A DNA stretch of 64,000 nucleotides from Flavipsychrobacter sp. GTDB taxonomy: Bacteria > Bacteroidota > Bacteroidia > Chitinophagales > Chitinophagaceae. Both the position numbers and the translations under genes were made by a program. Below, in pieces: positions 28,046-36,707 of this stretch (position 1 is its first letter; each line of letters opens with the position of its first letter). A model generated the notes under the pieces. It worked only from the letters and a program-made list of their open reading frames with translations. It was not told the DNA's origin and ran no database searches. Location of the stretch: positions 223,591 to 287,590 of the forward strand of contig JAEUVF010000010.1 in assembly GCA_016787265.1 (NCBI GenBank), read 5' to 3'.

Positions 28046-29625
28046 ATGAAACAACATAAAATTCTAAGTATCTCAGTATTGATGGCAGGTGCATTTCTGC
28101 TGAATACAGGATGTACCAAACTGGATGAAGAAGTATATGACCAGGTATTGGAAACTTCCTTTCGTCCGTCTGAAAAAGATATACCGGCGATTATTGGTCC
28201 GGCTTATACCATCATGCGTCCCATGTATGCGGGCTGGCAGGGAAATTTTGATCTGCAGGAAGAACCGGCTGATGTAATTGTAACACCGGCGCGACCGAAT
28301 GGATGGTATGATGGTGGTACTTACCAGCGGATGCACAACCACGAATGGAACCAGGTGCAATGGCAGCCGCAGAACTTATGGAATAACTGTTACAATGGGA
28401 TCAATACTGTAAACCGGATTCTGTTCCAGATTGAGTCTGGCTCTATTCCGATTGCCAATGGAAAAGATGCGCTGGTATCTGAGTTGAAAGCGTTGAGAGC
28501 ATTTTATTATTCCCTGTTGGTGGATACACATGGTAATGTACCATTGGTAACGGATTTCTCGGATGCAACTTTACCGCAACAGGCAACCCGGCAGCAGGTA
28601 TATGAATTTGTAGAGAAGGAGTTGCTTGAAAACATGAACAATCTGAGTGCGGTTGCGGATAAGTCGATGTATGGACGTATTAATAAATGGGTCGCAAAAA
28701 CGATATTGGCACGTCTTTACCTGAATGCAGAAGTATATACCGGTACTGCGCAATGGCAGAAATGTATTGAGCAGTGCAACGATATCATCAATGCGAATAT
28801 TTACATCCTGGAATCGAATTACAAGAACAATTTTGTGACGGCAAATGAGAACTCAAAAGAACTGATATTGGCAGTTCCTTATGATGAGGTTTTTGCGACG
28901 CAGAATTCAATTCATATGAAAACACTTGCAACCGCCCATCGGAATGTGTTGAATATGGAGGAAACTGTGCGGTTCCTCAGTTCATTGATACCTATGATCC
29001 GGATGATACACGTATGAAAGATACCTGGATCATGGGACCTCAGTACAGTGTAACAACCGGTGAAGAGATTCTGAATTATACGCGCCATGTGGATGGCATT
29101 GCGCTGGCGGATTATTTCCAGGGTTATCGCATTGGTAAATATGAAATCAAAGTTGGTGCACGGGGTGGATTAAGTACTGATTTTGCCGTGTTCCGTTATG
29201 CGGATATTCTTATGATGAAAGCGGAGTCACTACTCAGAACAGGTAATGCCGGGGATGCAGCAACCCTGGTAACCCAGGTACGTCAGCGCGCATTTGCAAC
29301 TACCAATCCGGTAAAAGCAATTGTAACTGCAAATGATCTTACAAAAGGAAGTGTTTACAATTATGGTTACTGGAAAGATGGGGCTGTAACTGAAGTACAG
29401 GGTGGTGCAGATATTCCCTTTGGTCGGTTCTATGATGAGTTGGGATGGGAGTTTGCTGCAGAAGCGCACCGCCGCCAGGATATGATCCGCTTTGGCATAT
29501 TCTCTCGCAAGATATGGTTCAATCACCGGCCGAAGAATGATGGCAAGTTGAGAACCCTGTTCCCGATTCCGGAAGCAGAACTGAATAAGAATCCCAATCT
29601 GGTACAAAACCCCGATTACAGATAA
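28046..29625 (+). pseudogene. susD: SusD/RagB-family lipoprotein gene interrupted by a frameshift
   Basis: Two ORFs (28046-29017 and 29014-29625) together make a typical roughly 525-aa SusD. The lipobox is LLNTGC. The downstream frame already reads YGGNCAVPQFIDTYDPDDTR before the first ORF's stop. Confidence 0.7.
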
Positions 29626-29654
29626 TTACCTTTATATTCTTAACTGAAAACAGT

Positions 29655-32063
29655 ATGACGAATTTTCGTCTTTCAATTGCAATAGCCGGCTCCCTTGTTT
29701 CACAATTTGTGGCAGCACAGGATGTGCAATATGATTATCCGATACAACCGGTTCCTTTTACGCATGTGCATTTTCATGATGCTTTCTGGGCACCTAAGAT
29801 TGAAGTGAATGCAAAAGTCAGTATTCCCTATACGCTTCAAAAATGCAGGGAAACCGGCCGCATTGATAATTTCCTGAAAGCAGCCGGTAAAATGCCGGTA
29901 GGAAAGATCACGGAATATCCTTTTGACGATACGGATGTTTATAAGCTGATTGAAGGAGCTTCTTATTCTCTGCAAACCAGGCCTGACCCGGAGTTAGAGA
30001 AAACACTGGATACCCTCATCAGTATCATTGCTGACGCGCAGGAGCCGGATGGTTATCTCTATACCTTCCGCACGATGAAACCGGATACCCTGCATCCCTG
30101 GATCAGTCCGAAGCGCTGGGAAAAAGATCCTGACCTGAGCCATGAACTGTACAATAGCGGGCACCTGTACGAAGCAGCAGTAGCGCATTACCTGGCAACA
30201 GGCAAACGTAATTTCCTGGACATCGCATTAAAAAATGCGGATCTCCTGCTACGCGATTTCGGTCCGGGCAAAGCAGCCTATTTTCCTGGTCACCAGGTGG
30301 TGGAAATGGGATTGGCCCGCCTGTATCGCGTCACTGGCAAAAAGGAGTACCTGGACCTGGCCAAGTTTTTCCTGGATATCAGAGGCAATGGTAATATCAA
30401 GGGAGCTGAGTATAGTCAGTCGCACAAGATGGTGACTGATCAGCATGAAGCAGTTGGGCATGCAGTACGCGCAGCCTACATGTACACCGGTATGGCGGAT
30501 GTTGCTGCACTCACCGGAAACAAAGATTATATCAACGCCATCCAGGATATCTGGAAAGATGTTATGGAGCATAAGTTATACCTCACCGGCGGAATTGGTG
30601 CAACCGGTCACGGTGAAGCATTTGGTGCTGCGTATCAATTACCAAATATGTCGGCCTATGCAGAAACCTGTGCATCCATTGCCAATGTGTACTGGAACAG
30701 TCGCATGTTTTTAATGAATGGTGATGCACAGTATGTGGATGTGCTGGAGCGCATCTTATACAATGGCTTGTTATCAGGTGTATCCTTGAGCGGCGACCGG
30801 TTTTTCTATCCGAATCCCCTGGCATCCATGGGACAGCATCAGCGAAGCGCCTGGTTTGGTTGTGCCTGTTGTATCAGCAATATGACAAGGTTCATGCCAT
30901 CGGTTCCCGGATATGTATATGCGAAAAAGGCGAATGATCTCTATGTGAATTTATATGTAGCCAGTTCTTCGGATATCCAGTTGCCTGCCGGGAAACTGCA
31001 ACTGGAGCAGGTAACAGAATATCCCTGGAAGGGACGGGTGGATATCATTATGAAAGAAGCTCCTTCAAAAGCTTATACGGTAAGATTACGTATTCCAGGT
31101 TGGGCCAGGCAGGAAGCGGTTCCAGGAAGTTTATATGCATTCCTGGATACACAAAGAAAGCCCATTCGAATCCTCCTGAATGGCAAGGCGGTTGACTATA
31201 AGATGGAGAAAGGCTACGCGGTAATCAATCGCAGCTGGAAAAAAGGAGATAAGCTGGAACTGGATTTGCCTCTTGAAATTGAAAAAGTAATCGCAAACCA
31301 GCAGGTGAAAGATAATATCAATCGTTTCGCCCTGCAGCGCGGACCAATTGTATATTGCATAGAGGGACCAGACAATAAAGACAATGCGGTGAATAATATT
31401 GTGGTGGATCGTTCGGCAGGAATTCAGGCCAACTATGAGCCGGAATTATTGAATGGTGTAATGGTGCTGACTGCAAAAGGGAGCAGCACCAAAAGACAGG
31501 TGAATACAACTGCTCTCCTGCGTTCTGAGCAAACAGTAAAGGCCATCCCATACTATTCCTGGAATAACCGTGGTGCAGGAGAAATGCAGGTTTGGATTCC
31601 CTACGCAGAATCTGCAGCCTTACCAATGCCGACGCCAACCATTGCATCCAAAAGTAAAGTCAGTTCATCACAGAAAAATCCCCGTATGTTGAAAGGGATG
31701 AACGATCAGTATGAGCCATCGAGTTCACAGGATCGCAATTCCATTTACCTGCATTGGTGGCCAAAGGAAAATACAACCGAATGGGTTCAATATGATTTCG
31801 ATCAGCTTCAAACCATGCGTTTGAGTAAATTCTACTGGTTTGATGATGCTCCGTTTGGAGGCTGCAGGATTCCGGCTGGTTACCAGCTGCTCTATGAAAA
31901 GGATGGCAACTGGCTGCCGGTGGAAGTGGAACAGCAGGATCCCATATCAAAAGATGCCTATAACAGCATCCGGTTCAAACCGGTGCAGACTAAGGCACTT
32001 CGGCTGGAGGTTAAATTACCGGAGAAACATTCTGCCGGTATTCATGAATGGATTGTGAACTGA
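29655..32063 (+). CDS. GH127 (DUF1680) beta-L-arabinofuranosidase-family protein with C-terminal discoidin/F5-8-type-C-like domain
   Basis: Signal peptide. AYAETCASIANV (Glu-x-Cys) and WFGCACCISNMTRF (Cys-Cys) match the Zn/nucleophile cysteines of the GH127 family. The C-terminal NTTEWVQYDF...YWFDD is discoidin-like. Confidence 0.8.
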   Translation: MTNFRLSIAIAGSLVSQFVAAQDVQYDYPIQPVPFTHVHFHDAFWAPKIEVNAKVSIPYTLQKCRETGRIDNFLKAAGKMPVGKITEYPFDDTDVYKLIEGASYSLQTRPDPELEKTLDTLISIIADAQEPDGYLYTFRTMKPDTLHPWISPKRWEKDPDLSHELYNSGHLYEAAVAHYLATGKRNFLDIALKNADLLLRDFGPGKAAYFPGHQVVEMGLARLYRVTGKKEYLDLAKFFLDIRGNGNIKGAEYSQSHKMVTDQHEAVGHAVRAAYMYTGMADVAALTGNKDYINAIQDIWKDVMEHKLYLTGGIGATGHGEAFGAAYQLPNMSAYAETCASIANVYWNSRMFLMNGDAQYVDVLERILYNGLLSGVSLSGDRFFYPNPLASMGQHQRSAWFGCACCISNMTRFMPSVPGYVYAKKANDLYVNLYVASSSDIQLPAGKLQLEQVTEYPWKGRVDIIMKEAPSKAYTVRLRIPGWARQEAVPGSLYAFLDTQRKPIRILLNGKAVDYKMEKGYAVINRSWKKGDKLELDLPLEIEKVIANQQVKDNINRFALQRGPIVYCIEGPDNKDNAVNNIVVDRSAGIQANYEPELLNGVMVLTAKGSSTKRQVNTTALLRSEQTVKAIPYYSWNNRGAGEMQVWIPYAESAALPMPTPTIASKSKVSSSQKNPRMLKGMNDQYEPSSSQDRNSIYLHWWPKENTTEWVQYDFDQLQTMRLSKFYWFDDAPFGGCRIPAGYQLLYEKDGNWLPVEVEQQDPISKDAYNSIRFKPVQTKALRLEVKLPEKHSAGIHEWIVN

Positions 32064-32064
32064 T

Positions 32065-32949
32065 TTAGCTGGCAACCTCATAGGTGTGCATCGCATAGGA
32101 TTCCACATACTCGCTGGGCGATTTGCCTAATACTGCTTTGAAAACGCGATTGAAATTGGTAATACTGTTGAATCCGCAGCTATAAGCTATCGTTGAAATA
32201 CTGTCGAACCCGCCCTCCGTAAGTTTTTTACAGGCCTCATTGATCCTCACTTCATTGAGAAAAGAAACAAACGTGTGGCGGGTTCTTTTTTTGAAAAAGC
32301 GACAGAAAGCCTGTGGGGTCATATGTGCCTGTTTGGCCACATCATCCAGCGTGATCTGTTCGGCATAATTGCTCAAAATAAAATTGTAAATCCTGCCGAG
32401 ACGCAGCCCTTCATTTTCACTGAACTGTGCCATTTCTGACACGCTTCCCAGTTCTTTCAGCTGAGAGGAGGCACAACAGGCCCGCAGCAGTTCCAGGAAA
32501 CTGATGATCTGATCAAGGTTGGATTGCTGCTCCATTTTCAACATGAGGCTGCTGATTTCCAGCGTCATTTCCTCCGGCAGAATAAACCCTGAGCGATGTT
32601 TCTGCAGGAACAGACGAATCAGTTTGGTCTCAGTCAGATCAAACAGGAACTGCAGTTTGCCGAAAGGATTAAAGAAAATGGTTAAGGCTTCCACTTCAAG
32701 ATTTCCACCGTAATAAATGGGATCATTTTTGAATACATGCGGCTGGTTGGCACCAATGCAGAAGATCTCATTCGCCCTGAATGGGTACATATTGTTTTCA
32801 ACCACCAGGGTTCCTTCACCCTTAATAATCCAGGTCAGTTGGATTTCATCATGCCGATGTAAGTGCTGATACATAAACGGGAGCTTGTCGCGCTGGACAA
32901 TGATGTTTTTCTCTCCCGGAACCGGTATGGTGAATTGCAGAACCTTCAT
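32065..32949 (-). CDS. AraC-family transcriptional regulator (cupin N-terminal domain)
   Basis: C-terminal double HTH (LDDVAKQAHMTPQAFCRFFKKRT...GFNSITNFNRVFK). Length 294 aa. Confidence 0.85.
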   Translation of the reverse strand: MKVLQFTIPVPGEKNIIVQRDKLPFMYQHLHRHDEIQLTWIIKGEGTLVVENNMYPFRANEIFCIGANQPHVFKNDPIYYGGNLEVEALTIFFNPFGKLQFLFDLTETKLIRLFLQKHRSGFILPEEMTLEISSLMLKMEQQSNLDQIISFLELLRACCASSQLKELGSVSEMAQFSENEGLRLGRIYNFILSNYAEQITLDDVAKQAHMTPQAFCRFFKKRTRHTFVSFLNEVRINEACKKLTEGGFDSISTIAYSCGFNSITNFNRVFKAVLGKSPSEYVESYAMHTYEVAS

Positions 32950-33068
32950 GTTCAGGATATTAAGTGTATGAATTACAGTAATTTACGGTATTCCATGAAA
33001 TTATCCCGCAATAGTGAAAATATGTGGATAGGCGGTTAAAATACGGGCAAACCAAAATCATTTTTGGG

Positions 33069-33084
33069 CGTGACCACAGTCACA
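33069..33084. promoter_or_regulatory. CRP-like box CGTGAC-CACA-GTCACA upstream of sqr
   Basis: Perfect GTGAC/GTCAC inverted repeat with a 4-nt spacer, 48 nt upstream of the ATG at 33132. It has the same GTGAC-N4-GTCA core as 12944-12959. Confidence 0.45.
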
Positions 33085-33131
33085 ATTACCCGGTACCCCT
33101 CTGTTTACCTTTAGTGTTCAATGCAACCACT

Positions 33132-34331
33132 ATGCAACAACATCACCAAATTCTGATAATTGGAGGTGGTAATGCCGGTATTTCGGCTGCCGCTCAATTG
33201 CTTCGTAAAAGAAAATCGCTGCAAATCGCGATTATGGAGCCATCTGAAAAACATTATTACCAACCGGCCTGGACATTAGTAGGTGGTGGCACATTTAATA
33301 TACATGATACTGTTCGATCCGAGGCTTCTGTGATGCCATCCGGTGTAAAGTGGATCAAAGAGGCTGCGGCCAAATTTGAACCGGAATCCAACAAGGTGAT
33401 CAGTGCTAACGGTAATGAATACACGTATGATTACCTGATCGTTGCACCAGGTATTCAACTGAACTGGCACCTGGTGAAAGGCCTGCCCGAAACTCTGGGC
33501 AGAAATGGTGTTACTTCCAATTATTCTTTTGACCTCGCACCCTATACATTCGAACTATTACAAGGCATGAAGGAAGGAGATACAGCTTTGTTTACAAGTC
33601 CGGGTACCCCGGTAAAATGTGGCGGAGCGCCTCAAAAAATCATGTACCTCACAGCCGATTACCTGCGTAAACACGGATTACAGGGTAAAACCAAGGTGGA
33701 ATTTGTTACTGCAGGCGGCGTTATTTTCGGCATCAAAAAATATGCGGATCAGCTCATGAAAAAAGTGAATGAGTATGGTATTGAGCTGCATTTCAAACAC
33801 GACCTGGTAGAGATTGATGGTCCGGGTAAAACCGCCACCTTTAAAGTAACCGATTCACAAGGCGTGTCCAGTTATATAACCAAACATTTTGACATGATCC
33901 ATGTGGTACCACCTCAAAGCGCACCGGATTTTATTAAAAACAGTCCGCTGGCCAATGAAGCCGGATGGGTGGATGTCCATAAGTTCACCTTACAACACAA
34001 TCGGTTCCCCAACATATTTGGCCTTGGAGATGCTACCAGTACACCGAATGCCAAAACCGGTGCAGCAGTTCGCAAACAGGCGCCTGTATTGGTGAAGAAT
34101 TTATTAGCTGTCATTGATGGTCAGCCCATGCAGGGAAATTATACCGGTTATGGAAGTTGTCCACTGGTAGTAGGGTATGGTCAATTAATCCTTGCGGAGT
34201 TTGATTATGATAACAAACCGATGGAGACCTTCCCCTTTGATCAGGCAAAACCCCGCTGGAGCATGTGGGCACTGAAGAAATATGTATTGCCCTGGATGTA
34301 CTGGAATAAAATTCTCAAGGGAACAGCCTAA
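33132..34331 (+). CDS. sqr: Type II (SQOR-like) sulfide:quinone oxidoreductase
   Basis: ILIIGGGNAGISAA FAD motif. The redox cysteines sit in PVKCGGAPQKIMYL and YTGYGSCPLVVGYG, as in mitochondrial-type SQR. Confidence 0.75.
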   Translation: MQQHHQILIIGGGNAGISAAAQLLRKRKSLQIAIMEPSEKHYYQPAWTLVGGGTFNIHDTVRSEASVMPSGVKWIKEAAAKFEPESNKVISANGNEYTYDYLIVAPGIQLNWHLVKGLPETLGRNGVTSNYSFDLAPYTFELLQGMKEGDTALFTSPGTPVKCGGAPQKIMYLTADYLRKHGLQGKTKVEFVTAGGVIFGIKKYADQLMKKVNEYGIELHFKHDLVEIDGPGKTATFKVTDSQGVSSYITKHFDMIHVVPPQSAPDFIKNSPLANEAGWVDVHKFTLQHNRFPNIFGLGDATSTPNAKTGAAVRKQAPVLVKNLLAVIDGQPMQGNYTGYGSCPLVVGYGQLILAEFDYDNKPMETFPFDQAKPRWSMWALKKYVLPWMYWNKILKGTA

Positions 34332-34365
34332 GCATTTCTTACGTAAATTGGGTCAAAGTGCTGGC

Positions 34366-34683
34366 ATGACTGCAGACAAACCGACTTCTACACGCACCAA
34401 GCTTTCGTTGACGGATGAACTGGCGGTAGAAAGGACCCGCCTGGCCAATGAACGTACTTTATTGGCCTATATCCGATCAAGTTTGTATTTTTCCATCGCC
34501 GGACTCACACTGAATAGTTTTTTTCAACTGAAACTAGGGTGGTTGCTGGAACTTGCTTTCTGGCTGGTGGCAGTAGGAATTCTGATCAGTGGGATCATCC
34601 GGTACCGTCGCGTAGCGAAAAAACTGAATATATCAGCATTTGCGCAAAAGCGCTGGCATTTGTTAATGGAAGAAGAAGTTTAA
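34366..34683 (+). CDS. DUF202 (YidH-like) small membrane protein
   Basis: LAVERTRLANERTLLAYIRSSL motif followed by two hydrophobic helices. Confidence 0.65.
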   Translation: MTADKPTSTRTKLSLTDELAVERTRLANERTLLAYIRSSLYFSIAGLTLNSFFQLKLGWLLELAFWLVAVGILISGIIRYRRVAKKLNISAFAQKRWHLLMEEEV

Positions 34684-34704
34684 AGCATTGAATAAACGAA
34701 GCAC

Positions 34705-35538
34705 ATGGCGAATATTTTAGTTCCTTTTGATTTTTCTGCCAATGCCATCAGCGCATTGGACCAGGCCCTATACATTGCAAAAGAGAAAGGGTTTACAATT
34801 GAAGTATTGCATATCCTGAATTTTAAAGCTGCACATGATTATCCGGAGGAGTGGCATATTGACCCGCACCATGTAGATATGGGAGCGATTGAAGCAAAAC
34901 TGGCAGAGATCGTTGCTGAACGCAGTGCAGCCTGCTGTGGTGCATCCGGACCTGCTGTAACCACCTCGGTTCGCGAAAGTGTTATGATCAATGGCGGGAT
35001 CATCAATCATATGCTGGAAAACAAGGCAGAATTAATTGTGATGGGTACCCATGGTGCTTCCAATGCTGTAGAACGATTCTGGGGAAGCAATACCAGTACC
35101 ATGATCAATCATAGCTTATTCCCCATCCTGGCCGTACCCCGCGACTGGCATCCGGTAAAGCTGGAAGAATTGCTGGCTGCCATCTCTCTTAAGGAAGCAA
35201 AGGTATGCCTGCCGAAGTTGTCGGAATGGACCAACTGGTTCAATGTGAAAGCAGAAGTTATCTCACTGACATCGGTACCCGAAGCCGACCAGGATGAACT
35301 GGAGGCTGCCGTGCAGGCCTATCCCGAAATAACAGCACACCTGGTGCCAAAGAAAGATGACCTGCCCATGTGGAAGAACCTGGTGAACTATACTGCCGGA
35401 CGCAAAAAAGCGGTATTGCTGATGTTTGTGCATGAGCGTAGCGTATTTGATAAACTCTTCAATTATAGCATAACATCCAAGGTAGCCGATGGCATTAATA
35501 TTCCGTTGTTGGCAATTCCGACTACCAAAAAGTCCTGA
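34705..35538 (+). CDS. Tandem universal stress protein (UspA family)
   Basis: 277 aa, two Usp modules (ILVPFDFS...VMGTHG). Confidence 0.75.
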   Translation: MANILVPFDFSANAISALDQALYIAKEKGFTIEVLHILNFKAAHDYPEEWHIDPHHVDMGAIEAKLAEIVAERSAACCGASGPAVTTSVRESVMINGGIINHMLENKAELIVMGTHGASNAVERFWGSNTSTMINHSLFPILAVPRDWHPVKLEELLAAISLKEAKVCLPKLSEWTNWFNVKAEVISLTSVPEADQDELEAAVQAYPEITAHLVPKKDDLPMWKNLVNYTAGRKKAVLLMFVHERSVFDKLFNYSITSKVADGINIPLLAIPTTKKS

Positions 35539-35588
35539 GTTTCAACAGTGGTTGGCATAACCATCCCAATGGGATAACTTTGCGGGCC

Positions 35589-36662
35589 ATGGAAACCATT
35601 CGTCAGCAAAAGGGACAGCGAGCCGTAGCAAACTGGCTGCTCATCGGGGTAGGAATGATCATTGTACAAATCTTATTAGGGGGAATTACCCGCTTAACAG
35701 GATCTGGACTCTCCATTACAGAATGGGAAGTTGTAACCGGTACCCTGCCACCTTTAAATGAGGCCGGATGGCTGCAGAAATTTCAGGAGTACCAGCAAAC
35801 TCCCCAGTACCGCCTGCTGAATACCGATTTCAACCTGGATGATTTCAAATTTATATTCTTCTGGGAATGGTTTCACCGCTTTTGGGCCAGGCTCATTGGA
35901 GTTGTATTCGTAGTGGGATTTGTTTACCTCATTTCAAAGCGTTACCTGAAACGCGAAATGGTGAATCCCCTGCTGATTCTCTTTGTGTTGGGAGCACTGC
36001 AGGGATCAGTAGGCTGGATCATGGTGGCAAGTGGCTTAACCGGTGATGCGGTTTATGTGAAGCCTACCCGGCTGGCTATGCATTTTGTACTGGCGCTTGG
36101 ATTATTATCCTATACCTTCTGGTTTGCCCTCCAATTGCTGGTTCCTGACCGGGAGCGGCGGTATGCTCCGGCAATAAAAAAGTTTACCTGGATCATTTTA
36201 GGAATCTTGACTCTGCAGCTGGTGTATGGGGCATTGATGGCCGGGCATAAAGCTGCGGCAATAGCCTCCACCTGGCCAACCATCAACGGGGCCTGGGTAC
36301 CGGCGGGAATGGGGAGTCATAGTCCCTGGCTGATCAACCTGATTGATAATACTATTACAGTTCATTTTGTACATAGAAATTTAGCCTATCTGATTACTAT
36401 TCTGGTGATCCTCCTATACAGGAAAGCAAGCCTGGAACCGGTATCTCCGGCCGCACGCAAGTACTTGCGCTGGCCGTTGTTGCTGGTGGTGGTGCAGGTT
36501 TTGCTGGGAATATTATCAGTTTTAACCAGTAAAAGTATTGTGCCGAATCAGTGGGGTAATTTTGAATGGATGGCTCAATTGCACCAATTGGTGGCGATGT
36601 TCCTGGTTTTATCACTGGTGGGCATCCTGTATCTTTTCGGCGAGCGCAGGCAGCGCGCATAA
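35589..36662 (+). CDS. ctaA: Heme A synthase (COX15/CtaA family)
   Basis: LLGGITRLTGSGLSITEW and conserved His-containing helices. Polytopic. Confidence 0.8.
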   Translation: METIRQQKGQRAVANWLLIGVGMIIVQILLGGITRLTGSGLSITEWEVVTGTLPPLNEAGWLQKFQEYQQTPQYRLLNTDFNLDDFKFIFFWEWFHRFWARLIGVVFVVGFVYLISKRYLKREMVNPLLILFVLGALQGSVGWIMVASGLTGDAVYVKPTRLAMHFVLALGLLSYTFWFALQLLVPDRERRYAPAIKKFTWIILGILTLQLVYGALMAGHKAAAIASTWPTINGAWVPAGMGSHSPWLINLIDNTITVHFVHRNLAYLITILVILLYRKASLEPVSPAARKYLRWPLLLVVVQVLLGILSVLTSKSIVPNQWGNFEWMAQLHQLVAMFLVLSLVGILYLFGERRQRA

Positions 36663-36707
36663 TTTGAGCCTTGTCTAAACGTTCTAAGAGTGTATCTTGG
36701 AACCTCG

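Noticed and set aside
35575-35582. TAACTTTG -7-box match upstream of ctaA
   Set aside because: It is a perfect TAnnTTTG match but ends only 6 nt before the chosen ATG at 35589, which would imply a leaderless transcript. I cannot tell whether the promoter call or the start-codon choice is wrong.
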